Part shown: piece after piece, positions 24,688 through 32,520 of the stretch
Position numbering within the stretch: position 1 is the first letter of the stretch
How the letters are laid out: each line of letters starts with the position of its first letter
IMG/VR virus record: IMGVR_UViG_3300033997_000053
Length of the DNA stretch: 44,301 nt
DNA from: a virus
Direction: 5' to 3' (one strand)
Made by a program: the position numbers and the translations under genes
The notes under the pieces: generated by a model
The model's input: the letters and a program-made list of their open reading frames with translations, nothing else
What the model was told of the DNA's origin: nothing
The model's database searches: none

Positions 24688-25149
24688 ATGTTTTACTCTT
24701 GGAAAAATGGTGGCTTTTATAGCCATAGAACACATGAAAGTGACAAAGAAATTAGTTTCCTCGAATATAATTTTTTGTTAAGCGAGGAAGCTAAAGGAAG
24801 GAAAATAGTTGCAGATGTTGATGGCGCTCCCATTGCAATTGATAAGCCAGCAACGCCGCGTGAAGAAATTTTGGATCGTGCAAAAAACGAGCTGCGCGCC
24901 ATGCGCGCCCCTATGCTCGATGCGCTGACCGGGATTGCAGGACGCGCAGTTCGCGCTGGCAATGACGCGCTGGCATCAGAGGCTGATTCGCTGGCAGAGC
25001 AGCTGCTGGACATTACCGACGACCCAGCACTAAACGCAGCCACCACCTACGAAGCAATGCAGTCCGCAGGAGTAGACGCCTACCGCGCAATTGCAGCAAC
25101 GGCAAGCCCCGCGCTGGCTAGCGTTTTTAAAGAAATCACGGGGGCGTGA
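24688..25149 (+). CDS. tail fibre assembly chaperone-like protein
   Basis: aggag precedes ATG 24688. 153 aa, directly after the fibre gene. The N-terminal third is AT-rich. Confidence 0.6.
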   Translation: MFYSWKNGGFYSHRTHESDKEISFLEYNFLLSEEAKGRKIVADVDGAPIAIDKPATPREEILDRAKNELRAMRAPMLDALTGIAGRAVRAGNDALASEADSLAEQLLDITDDPALNAATTYEAMQSAGVDAYRAIAATASPALASVFKEITGA

Positions 25150-25150
25150 A

Positions 25151-25654
25151 ATGATTCATGAATTCCTCAAAGACGGCGCCCTATTTATCTCGCTTGTGAT
25201 TGCCGTGGTGGTTGGCTTAATCATTTGGCGCATACCCATTAAGCAATTGCCAACATGGGCAAAAGCCAAAGACGGAAAAGGCGTGATCAAGGGCGTAATT
25301 CTTGCCCCGCTGGTGATTGTGATTTTTGCGCTGGTGATGTTTTTACTGCCAAGCCCGGCGCGCGCGCAAGTCACGGTGCCAGGTTTGCCGGGTACGTGGC
25401 TCAATGACGGCCATGTATTTGCCGGGATTGATTACACGCGCAAGCAAAGCCCGCAATGCCAACCGGGCGGGTTTGATGACCGCAGCACCAGCAACATGGG
25501 TTTCCGCGTGAACGTGTGGCAATCGCCCAGCGAACGCATACGCCTCAACAGCAAATACACTCACCATTCATGCGCGCTCAATCCTGACCGCAACAGCTAC
25601 GACGCGCTGGGTGTTGAGCTGGAGTGGTGCGTGTGGGGTTGCTATAAGAAATAA
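25151..25654 (+). CDS. membrane protein with an internal signal-like segment and a PagL-like (acyloxyacyl hydrolase-like) C-terminal region
   Basis: It has two hydrophobic segments, the second ending PSPARA|QV. The C-terminal YTHHSCALNPDRNSYDALGVELEW loosely resembles the PagL HxS region. Confidence 0.45.
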   Translation: MIHEFLKDGALFISLVIAVVVGLIIWRIPIKQLPTWAKAKDGKGVIKGVILAPLVIVIFALVMFLLPSPARAQVTVPGLPGTWLNDGHVFAGIDYTRKQSPQCQPGGFDDRSTSNMGFRVNVWQSPSERIRLNSKYTHHSCALNPDRNSYDALGVELEWCVWGCYKK

Positions 25655-25666
25655 CGGGAGTGATAA

Positions 25667-25963
25667 GTGCCTTGGAGAGATCCGAACAACTGGCTTCGCG
25701 CCGAATTACTCGCTCCGCTTTTGTCTTTTGTTTTGGCTCTCTTCAGGACAGTTTATGACGAAAAGGAACCTCGGTGGGTTAGGAGGCTTACTGAGGCCGC
25801 GATGTGCGGAATGATTACTTTGTCTGCTGGATATGGAATTGATGCCATGGGCCTGGCTGGCGAGTGGAAGTACGCCGCAGCCGGTGCAATTGGTTTTTTG
25901 GGTGCCGACTACATCCGAACTGTTGCAAAGAAGTTTGTTGGTAGAAAGATAGAACCAAAATGA
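25667..25963 (+). CDS. holin-like membrane protein, GTG start
   Basis: gggag lies 6 nt before GTG 25667. 98 aa with hydrophobic segments and a basic C-terminus, upstream of the endolysin. Confidence 0.6.
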   Translation: MPWRDPNNWLRAELLAPLLSFVLALFRTVYDEKEPRWVRRLTEAAMCGMITLSAGYGIDAMGLAGEWKYAAAGAIGFLGADYIRTVAKKFVGRKIEPK

Positions 25964-26169
25964 AACATCACATTTTTAAAATCGCCTCGGTCGTGCTCGG
26001 CGTCATTTTGGTTTACACCCTTTCAACCGAAAATCAACGCTTGGAAGCGCGGGTGATTGGCGTCACGGCGCAGTGTGCTAATGGATCGTTCACAACCGCC
26101 AAGCGCGGCCCGGGGGTTTGCTCTGCGCATGGCGGCGTGCAGCGCTGGATTGAAAAGCGAGGTCAGTGA
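25960..26169 (+). CDS. membrane-anchored DUF3761-like protein, 69 aa
   Basis: An N-terminal TM helix followed by CANGSFTTAKRGPGVCSAHGGVQRW (C.(D/N)G..S....G.CS.HGGV..W pattern). Confidence 0.55.
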   Translation: MKHHIFKIASVVLGVILVYTLSTENQRLEARVIGVTAQCANGSFTTAKRGPGVCSAHGGVQRWIEKRGQ

Positions 26170-26645
26170 TGGACTTTGACACAGCATTCGACCGGCTGAT
26201 TGGTCATGAGGGCGGGTATAGCAACCACCCTGCCGACCCAGGTGGTGAAACCATGTGGGGCGTTACAGCACGGGTGGCGCGCGCAAATGGCTACACAGGG
26301 CCGATGAAAGATATGCCGCGCTCCACGGCCAAGGCCATCTACCGCAGGCTATATTGGGATGCAGTGAAGGCCGACCAATTGCCAGAGGTTGTGCGCTTTG
26401 ATGTGTTTGACGGTGCAGTGAATTCTGGCGTGGCTCAATCGGCGAAGTGGTTACAGCGCGCGGCTGGTGTTGCTGACGATGGCGTGATTGGGTCAAAGAC
26501 GATTGCCGCTGCGTCCGCTGCAGGCCCGGTCATCGCGGCCAGATACAACGGCCACCGCCTGGAATTCATGGCGAGCCTTCCCACCTGGCCGTCGTTTGGC
26601 AAAGGCTGGGCGCGCCGTATTGCATCGAACCTGAAAGGCGGTTGA
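26169..26645 (+). CDS. endolysin, GH108-type muramidase with PG-binding domain
   Basis: Contains FDRLIGHEGGYSNHPADPGGETMWGVT and DDGVIGSKTIAA...WPSFGKGWARR. ATG 26169 is coupled to the upstream gene (TGATG). Confidence 0.9.
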   Translation: MDFDTAFDRLIGHEGGYSNHPADPGGETMWGVTARVARANGYTGPMKDMPRSTAKAIYRRLYWDAVKADQLPEVVRFDVFDGAVNSGVAQSAKWLQRAAGVADDGVIGSKTIAAASAAGPVIAARYNGHRLEFMASLPTWPSFGKGWARRIASNLKGG

Positions 26646-26646
26646 C

Positions 26647-27204
26647 ATGGCAGATTGGAAAGACATTATTGGAAGCGTAGCGCCAGGCCTGGCAACCGCG
26701 CTCGGCGGGCCACTTGCTGGCGCGGCTGTAAAGGTGATTGCAGACAAGGTTCTTGGCAAGCCCGATGCAACACAGGACGAAGTAACCGCCGCGCTGTCCA
26801 CTGGCTCCCTGTCTGGCGATCAAATTCTGGCTCTCAAGACTGCCGAACAGCAGTTCCAGTTGGAGCTCGAACGCATCGACGCATCGCGCGAACAGGCCGC
26901 CATGCAAGACACGCAAAGCGCCAGGAATCAGACTGTATCGCTTGCCGAGGCATCATCGAGCATCGCATGGGCAGCACCAGTGATTAGCACGGTTATTGTG
27001 TCGGGGTTCTTTGCTTGTGTCGCTCTGCTGTTTATCGTTGACCGGACGTGGGACGAGCGCACCGCCAACTTGTTGAACGTGCTTTTTGGCGCGCTGATTC
27101 CGGGGTTTGCGCAAGTGTGCAACTATTGGTTAGGCAGCTCTGCTGGGTCCAAGCGTGCGGGTGATTCTGTACGAAAGATCGCAGAGAGCGCCGGAAAGTC
27201 GTAA
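26647..27204 (+). CDS. 3-TM holin-like protein (GTA-type holin family)
   Basis: 185 aa. N-terminal DIIGSVAPGLATALGGPLAG, a central coiled region, and C-terminal TM segments with NYWLGSSAGS. Confidence 0.6.
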   Translation: MADWKDIIGSVAPGLATALGGPLAGAAVKVIADKVLGKPDATQDEVTAALSTGSLSGDQILALKTAEQQFQLELERIDASREQAAMQDTQSARNQTVSLAEASSSIAWAAPVISTVIVSGFFACVALLFIVDRTWDERTANLLNVLFGALIPGFAQVCNYWLGSSAGSKRAGDSVRKIAESAGKS

Positions 27205-27276
27205 CCAACCGACTACCTGCAATTTACAGGCACAGGAACTGGCGCGTATTACCTCTCTTGGGAGGAGCGCCCATAA

Positions 27277-27301
27277 GAAAAGCCCCATTGCGGGGCTTTT
27301 T
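27277..27301. terminator. bidirectional intrinsic terminator between the convergent arms
   Basis: aaaagcccc attgc ggggcttttt, with an A-run and a T-run flanking the stem. Confidence 0.8.
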
Positions 27302-27846
27302 CATTGGCTCACCTTGATGCCGTGTGCTGCCAGCAGCTCGCGCACTTGCTGCTCGGTGTAGCCACGCACACGAATGCCGGCGTGGTTTGCTGTGTCGATG
27401 CCGTATTCCGGCAACTCCACAGGCGCTGCCAAGGTTCCGTTTGAAACGGAGGCTTGTGCCTCTGGTGGCTGGGGCGCGGCGGCTATCATTCTCTGCCAGC
27501 GCCAAGTAGCTTGCACATCATAAGTGTGCTTCCAGACAGGTCGTCCATTGAGGTTTATTCCATCCTGGCATGCTGCATCTACCATCTCATCGGTCGGAAT
27601 AACAGGAACCCGCTTCCACCCCTGCGGCACCGGTGCTGCTGGAGCGCGGCGCGCTGCTTGCCATGCCCACCATGCAAAGTGCGCCTCCAGTGAGTTGTCG
27701 TAGTCGCCATTTGCATTGCGGCGCAGATGGATGGTGCGAATGGCCTTCTCGCCATCTGACGATCCATCGCTTCCGATGATGCGCAGTTTTTCTGACACAT
27801 AGGCCGCCTCAAACTCTGCGCGATTTGCGTCTGTGTCGTGTGTCAT
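27301..27846 (-). CDS. hypothetical protein, 181 aa
   Basis: aaaggggaaat precedes ATG 27846, in the frame of track ORF 27301..27921. Confidence 0.6.
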   Translation of the reverse strand: MTHDTDANRAEFEAAYVSEKLRIIGSDGSSDGEKAIRTIHLRRNANGDYDNSLEAHFAWWAWQAARRAPAAPVPQGWKRVPVIPTDEMVDAACQDGINLNGRPVWKHTYDVQATWRWQRMIAAAPQPPEAQASVSNGTLAAPVELPEYGIDTANHAGIRVRGYTEQQVRELLAAHGIKVSQ

Positions 27847-27919
27847 ATTTCCCCTTTCGTGTTGCTTCATTTTACCACTAACCCACTGATTTTGCTTATA
27901 AATCAGACTGTTTGCATGC

Positions 27920-27962
27920 ATTCTGCGCCTGAATCAAGCGCCCGTCAACTGCCGTTCGTCGG
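27920..27962 (-). promoter_or_regulatory. Promoter-like site 4 with the CCGACGAACGGCAG motif
   Basis: On the - strand: motif (27962-27949), TTGACG (27948-27943), 17-nt spacer, CAGAAT (27925-27920). Confidence 0.65.
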
Positions 27963-27963
27963 A

Positions 27964-28004
27964 AAAGAAAAAGCCCCGCGCTCTGCTTTTGAGCAACGGG
28001 GCTT
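27964..28004 (-). terminator. intrinsic terminator after dut
   Basis: On the - strand gccccg...cggggc (28002-27973) is followed by TTTTTCTTTT. Confidence 0.7.
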
Positions 28005-28057
28005 AAGGGGAAGTGTGGCGCGAAGGGGAATGACACGCCACGGATTGAGTATAGCGG

Positions 28058-28489
28058 TTATCGGCCTGTGCTGCCGAGGCCACCTGTGCCGCGCTCGGTT
28101 TCTCCAAGCTCGTCCACCTCTACAAACTCAATCTTTGGCACTGGCACGATCATGGCCTGAATCACGCGCTCGCCATCTTGCACCTGGTAGGTGTCTGGCC
28201 CATCGTTGTGAAGCCGCACCATCAACTGGCCGCGATAGTCGCTGTCTAGGATGCCTACAAGGTTTGACAGCCGCACGCCATGCTTGATTCCGTGGCCGCT
28301 TCGGTTGTACGCCATCAGCGCATAGCCATCTGGCACTTCAAACGCCAACCCCGTCTCAAAGATTGCACTACGTCCACCAAAAGGCACTGCGCCCCCTTTC
28401 AGCACGCAAATATCAAAGCACGCCGCGCCCGCGCTCCCGTATGTTGGCACCTTGGCGTCTTGGTGCAGCTTCTTGATCTTCACTTGCAT
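28058..28489 (-). CDS. dut: dUTP diphosphatase
   Basis: Contains AGAACFDI...RSGHGIKHGVRLSNLVGILDSDYRGQL...ERGTGGLGSTG. Confidence 0.95.
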   Translation of the reverse strand: MQVKIKKLHQDAKVPTYGSAGAACFDICVLKGGAVPFGGRSAIFETGLAFEVPDGYALMAYNRSGHGIKHGVRLSNLVGILDSDYRGQLMVRLHNDGPDTYQVQDGERVIQAMIVPVPKIEFVEVDELGETERGTGGLGSTGR

Positions 28490-29061
28490 TTTTTCAAATC
28501 CTTGAGTTTCAATCGATATGTGTCACGGATTTCGACAAGCTCCGCAACAGTCCACTTTTGCGCCTCTTGATTACTCTCGAGCGCCTCCACAGCTTCCAGC
28601 CCAATCCTGGCGATAAGACCCAAGCGATAGTCAACAGCACGGCCAGCACCCCAGCGATTGCATACCTTGCGCTGGGCATGAGCATTGTCTTCATGAAATC
28701 TGAGATGGGGCGCACTTCCAACGGAGCGATAGTGCCCACAGTCAAACGCGCCGCCCACTTCTCCTGCTCCCAGCGGTAGGCCGCAGCAAATGCAAGGCTT
28801 CTCACTGTCGCGCTCACGGATGTAAGCATTAAATGCAACTTGGGCCTCCTTTATGTAGTCGCGCCGCGTTTTTAGCTTCTCTAGCTTTTGCTTGGTTTCC
28901 CGCCTGTCCTTCATCTGCGCCGACTTCACTGCCTTGACCTGCTTTCGCTCCGCCTTGGCCTGCATGGCGTCAGCATATGGCACGATGCACTCTTGGTGAA
29001 TCTTGATGCGCGCGCCTTCTGGCAGCTTTGCCTTGCAGTGGATGCAGCGTTTACGGATCAT
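28480..29061 (-). CDS. ninG: NinG/Rap-family recombination endonuclease
   Basis: CxxC at the N-terminus, a basic helical linker, and PCICCG...FDCGHYRSVGSAPHLRFHEDNAHAQRKVCN. Confidence 0.85.
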   Translation of the reverse strand: MIRKRCIHCKAKLPEGARIKIHQECIVPYADAMQAKAERKQVKAVKSAQMKDRRETKQKLEKLKTRRDYIKEAQVAFNAYIRERDSEKPCICCGLPLGAGEVGGAFDCGHYRSVGSAPHLRFHEDNAHAQRKVCNRWGAGRAVDYRLGLIARIGLEAVEALESNQEAQKWTVAELVEIRDTYRLKLKDLKKCK

Positions 29062-29204
29062 GCGTAAACCAGCAAGATCGCGCCATCTGGCTTTTTGTTG
29101 TTGGCCGCAACCGTTGATTTTGCATCTTCGTGCGATGCATGCACGCCTTCAAAAATCCACTTTACTAGCTTGCCGTTTTCCTTGAAATAGCATTTTGTAT
29201 GCAT
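29058..29204 (-). CDS. hypothetical protein, 48 aa (below the ORF-track cutoff)
   Basis: Hand translation gives MHTKCYFKENGKLVKWIFEGVHASHEDAKSTVAANNKKPDGAILLVYA. ggag lies upstream. Its stop is coupled to the ninG ATG. Confidence 0.45.
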   Translation of the reverse strand: MHTKCYFKENGKLVKWIFEGVHASHEDAKSTVAANNKKPDGAILLVYA

Positions 29205-29218
29205 GTGAACTCCAATCA

Positions 29219-29740
29219 TCATTTAGCCAGTTTCAGCGCCATCTCATACAGGCGCGAATCACCTGCATTCATCACATCAAGTAGCAATCTTTTTTCCTCC
29301 AGATATGTGAATGCAAACTTCGGATCATGCATCACGATGCTGCTGGTGTTGCTGATAATGTCTGCATACTTGATTGTCTGCACCCAGCGCGGCGCATTGA
29401 CAAGACGTGCGCGGCTTGCGGCTTTGCGCTCTGCGCGGCTTCCAGTTTCCAGATCAGATAGCAGCACTACACCGCGTACAACGTGATCAACAGCAGACAT
29501 GCTGAAACCCTGAAGCGCCCCGTGCAATTGATGTACGGTCACGCCTTGATCTTCAATGCAGTCATGCAGCCAGGCTGTAGCCACCAGTACCTCCGGATCA
29601 ATCTGGTCCCAATAAGTGACAGTCGCAACTATGCCTGCCACCTCTGCCAAGTGGTCGGTGTACGGGTTGCCGGTGTACTTGCGCTTTTGTCCTGCATGCA
29701 CTTCGCGCGCGAACTGCATTGCCTTGAATGCAATACTCAT
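29219..29740 (-). CDS. HD-domain phosphohydrolase, RelA/SpoT-hydrolase-like (small alarmone hydrolase candidate)
   Basis: Contains FAREVHAGQKRKYTGNPYTDHLAEVA and AWLHDCIEDQG (the HD motif). Confidence 0.75.
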   Translation of the reverse strand: MSIAFKAMQFAREVHAGQKRKYTGNPYTDHLAEVAGIVATVTYWDQIDPEVLVATAWLHDCIEDQGVTVHQLHGALQGFSMSAVDHVVRGVVLLSDLETGSRAERKAASRARLVNAPRWVQTIKYADIISNTSSIVMHDPKFAFTYLEEKRLLLDVMNAGDSRLYEMALKLAK

Positions 29741-29749
29741 AGATTCTCC

Positions 29750-29956
29750 TTATGCCGGAAACCAAGCGCCAGAACCAGCTTGCTTGTAAGCAACCGGATT
29801 GCCGCGCGTGTCGGTGATCTTGATGAACTGCGTGCCGCGAGCCTCCTTGGTAGCTTTGGTTTTCACGCCTTGCAACGTGCCAAAAACCCAGTCGCCCTTC
29901 TCGTAATCGTTCATGTGCTCCACATGATGCACGATGTATTGTTTCTTCATTTCCAT
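29750..29956 (-). CDS. hypothetical protein, 68 aa
   Basis: Track ORF, tightly packed in the operon. Confidence 0.55.
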   Translation of the reverse strand: MEMKKQYIVHHVEHMNDYEKGDWVFGTLQGVKTKATKEARGTQFIKITDTRGNPVAYKQAGSGAWFPA

Positions 29957-29958
29957 GA

Positions 29959-30171
29959 CTATTCCTGATCTAACTCTTCAAACATGTCCAAAGTCTCATC
30001 CTGGCGCGCTGGCTTCTTTCTAACCTGCGCTAGAGTGATTGCACCTAGCCCGCGCTTTGCTGGCGCAATCAAATTGTGCTTGCGCGCACATGTAGGGCCT
30101 ACAGGCAAGCTGCCAACGTACACAGCCGCTGAAAACATGACACGGCCACACATCGCGCAGTACAGCTTCAT
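29959..30171 (-). CDS. hypothetical Cys-containing protein, 70 aa
   Basis: Track ORF with a CAMCG...PTC pattern. Confidence 0.55.
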   Translation of the reverse strand: MKLYCAMCGRVMFSAAVYVGSLPVGPTCARKHNLIAPAKRGLGAITLAQVRKKPARQDETLDMFEELDQE

Positions 30172-30404
30172 TTCGCAATTCTCCAGACCTTAGCCAATCC
30201 GCCGTCAGTCTCGATCTTCCCGAAGTCCTTAAGGCTGCGCACGCACCAGGTCACGTTGGCGCGCTGCGCTCCAATGCGTTCGTGCAACTGCGCAACAGTC
30301 GCAGGCCCTTCATGCTCCAGCACGTACATGATGGCTATTTTTAGCGCGTCACTGCTCCATGCTACGCGCCGCTGTTTTTCTTGCTGATTCCGTGCGGCTT
30401 CCAT
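30168..30404 (-). CDS. winged-helix DNA-binding protein candidate, 78 aa
   Basis: ILEHEGPATVAQLHERIGAQRANVTWCVRSLKDFGKIE resembles a MarR-like wHTH. Confidence 0.55.
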   Translation of the reverse strand: MEAARNQQEKQRRVAWSSDALKIAIMYVLEHEGPATVAQLHERIGAQRANVTWCVRSLKDFGKIETDGGLAKVWRIAK

Positions 30405-30454
30405 TATTTCCCCTTAATTGATGGCTTGAATTTACCAGATTCATCCATCTTTTT

Positions 30455-30781
30455 TTAGTTGCCGGTTGCTTTGGTGATGGCTGCGCGGATCATTTCTTCT
30501 GCATCGCGACACATCTGCATGCGTTGATAAAAATCAGCTTTTGAGTGATCGTCTTCAGCCTCAAACCACTCTAGCACCTTCATAGACGCCTCTAGTAGTT
30601 CTGGCGCTGCGGCAATTAGGCGCGCGTTGGCTTTTTGCTGATCCCCATATCCTCCGTCTTGGTGTGTAGGCCCACAGGCCGCAACCTCTTGCACCAAGCC
30701 GCCGCCAATTTTTGCTTCTACATATAACGTCCGGATTCCAGTTAAAAACCAAGGCCCCGGCGTGTACTTTGCTTCAGTCAT
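30455..30781 (-). CDS. hypothetical protein, 108 aa
   Basis: Track ORF with aagggga before the ATG. It carries YTPGPW and ANARLIAAAPELL motifs common in phage proteins. Confidence 0.6.
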   Translation of the reverse strand: MTEAKYTPGPWFLTGIRTLYVEAKIGGGLVQEVAACGPTHQDGGYGDQQKANARLIAAAPELLEASMKVLEWFEAEDDHSKADFYQRMQMCRDAEEMIRAAITKATGN

Positions 30782-30806
30782 TCAATTCCCCTTGTTGTTG
30801 ATGATG

Positions 30807-30850
30807 ATAGTGTCGCTGCATTTTCATTTACTAGCAACACCGTTCGTCGG
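30807..30850 (-). promoter_or_regulatory. Promoter-like site 5 with the CCGACGAACGGTG motif
   Basis: On the - strand: motif (30850-30838), TTGCTA (30837-30832), 18-19 nt spacer, CACTAT (30812-30807). Confidence 0.55.
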
Positions 30851-31285
30851 CTATTTATCTTCAGTCCACGCTGGCAAGTTCACCCCGCGCGCTGCTGCCG
30901 TGGCGTATAGAAACTCGATCCACTCGCCAAACTCTGCTTTCGTGAACGCGCTAGTTCGCAAACCCAGCATCACAACGCCACCATCCAAGCCCATAGCCAC
31001 GCGCACCGATTCGCGCCTGAATGCAGCCGTTAGCACGTCTTTCCACTCTTGCGGCTCCATGTCAACCATCGCGCCATTAACCGGCCATTGCAACTGCTTT
31101 GAAAAGCACTCCAACAAAGGCCACATCAAGCGGTTCTGCGCCTGGCTGCGCGTTTCCTGCTTGACCGTTAGCATGTAGGTCTTGCCGCTTTCTAGCACGG
31201 CATTCAGGAAAGGGAAAAGCTGCGCGGTCATGAGCTCGCGCGCCTTTGCCTTGTCCTTTAGCCACAGCGATAGCTTCTCGCTCAT
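30851..31285 (-). CDS. ninB: NinB/Orf-family recombination mediator
   Basis: Contains TRSQAQNRLMWPLLECFSKQLQWPVNG...LRTSAFTKAEFGEWIEFLYA. Confidence 0.8.
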   Translation of the reverse strand: MSEKLSLWLKDKAKARELMTAQLFPFLNAVLESGKTYMLTVKQETRSQAQNRLMWPLLECFSKQLQWPVNGAMVDMEPQEWKDVLTAAFRRESVRVAMGLDGGVVMLGLRTSAFTKAEFGEWIEFLYATAAARGVNLPAWTEDK

Positions 31286-31413
31286 AGTTGCGCCTGAATC
31301 AGTCCAGCGGCCAGTGCGGCGTCTAGCTCTGCATGCTCTACGTACTCGCCCATATCATCCATGCCGTCGCTTGCCCATGCTGGCAGCACTTCGTCTTGTG
31401 GTTCATTTGCCAT
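31282..31413 (-). CDS. hypothetical acidic protein, 43 aa (below the ORF-track cutoff)
   Basis: Hand translation gives MANEPQDEVLPAWASDGMDDMGEYVEHAELDAALAAGLIQAQL. It is ATGA-coupled to ninB. Confidence 0.4.
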   Translation of the reverse strand: MANEPQDEVLPAWASDGMDDMGEYVEHAELDAALAAGLIQAQL

Positions 31414-32134
31414 TTGTAGCATCCCATTCAGTCAAGAATTGCCGGTAGTGCTCGGCCTTGCCTACATCATCTGTGCCTTCTTTGCGGCCAGCGCGCAGCA
31501 AGACCTCAACTAGCGCATCTCCAGCCGTGACACCGGCATTAATTAGGCGGTGCACATCCACATGACATGACTTACACAGCGCAGCGCCATTATCATCCAA
31601 GCACCTGAATTGCGGGTATTTCGCAAACGGCAAAATATGATGTGCGTGGAGGTTTTCTGTACTTCCGCAGGCATCACACTGCCAACCAGCCTGAGCTAGC
31701 ACCCGTTTCGGCCAGCCATCTCGGTCTACCATATTGCGCGCTTGAGAACGCTCCGCCTTCTTTTCGTCATTGCGCGCCCGCAAGCATCCACACGATCTCG
31801 TCTTTCCTAAAACTAAGTTACGTGTAGCAGTCACCCGCTCGCCGCCGCAGTCGCAGACGCACCTCCACGCGCCAGCAAGGGCCTCCAGTGCAATCAGCCG
31901 CCCAAAACGCTGTCCGCGCAAATCCGCACGTCGCTTACTTGGTTGATGCCTCAAACATCCACACGATTTTGCGACGTTCTGTACCAGATTGAGCATGGTA
32001 TGCGCGCTAAATCGACCGCAATCACAGGCACATGACCACAACGTCTTGCCCGTGGAATCATATCCAGCAGGCGCTAACGCCACCAGCCGCACAAACCGCT
32101 GTCCAGTGATATCTCTAAATGCCGTGCTCGCCAT
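31403..32134 (-). CDS. HNH endonuclease with repeated Cys-rich N-terminal modules
   Basis: A G(Q)RF(V/G)RL(V/I)AL...C.CDCG...SCGCLR module occurs twice, followed by CDACGSTENLHAHHILPFAKYP...NGAALCKSCHVDVH (HNH). Confidence 0.8.
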   Translation of the reverse strand: MASTAFRDITGQRFVRLVALAPAGYDSTGKTLWSCACDCGRFSAHTMLNLVQNVAKSCGCLRHQPSKRRADLRGQRFGRLIALEALAGAWRCVCDCGGERVTATRNLVLGKTRSCGCLRARNDEKKAERSQARNMVDRDGWPKRVLAQAGWQCDACGSTENLHAHHILPFAKYPQFRCLDDNGAALCKSCHVDVHRLINAGVTAGDALVEVLLRAGRKEGTDDVGKAEHYRQFLTEWDATNGK

Positions 32135-32360
32135 CAGCCACCTCGATCATTCTCTGTAGTGTATGCACAGCCTTATGCACATCGGTAATTCCACCTTTCC
32201 CAACTCCTGCAGAGTTATATCGTGCTAAATAGGCAATCGCCGTCCCCAGCAAATAACCAAGATGCTGATCTCGCGTCAGCCATGCTTCCATGGCGTCCCA
32301 TGGCTGAATTGTCATATCCTTGTAGTGACTCCCGCCCACTTGTCGCTCAATCGCGCTCAT
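32115..32360 (-). CDS. DUF3310-like protein, 81 aa
   Basis: ATG 32360 follows aaggaaaag. Product begins MSAIERQVGGSHYKDMTIQPWDAMEAW...AIAYLARY. Confidence 0.65.
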   Translation of the reverse strand: MSAIERQVGGSHYKDMTIQPWDAMEAWLTRDQHLGYLLGTAIAYLARYNSAGVGKGGITDVHKAVHTLQRMIEVADGEHGI

Positions 32361-32520
32361 TCTGTCTTTTCCTTTCTTCCTCAATCGCTCGCGCCATCTG
32401 CGCATCAACTCCGGCAGACTTTGCCGCGTCCCAGATGTACTCCCGCCAGAAAGCTAGTGTTCCGATCTGCTCAACCATCACCACCAGCTTTGCTAGGTCG
32501 CGCAGACGTTGTTTGTTCAT
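32347..32520 (-). CDS. hypothetical protein, 57 aa (below the ORF-track cutoff)
   Basis: Hand translation begins MNKQRLRDLAKLVVMVEQIGTLAFWREYIWDAAKSAGVDAQMARAIEEERKRQNERD. It is ATGA-coupled to the upstream gene. Confidence 0.45.
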   Translation of the reverse strand: MNKQRLRDLAKLVVMVEQIGTLAFWREYIWDAAKSAGVDAQMARAIEEERKRQNERD

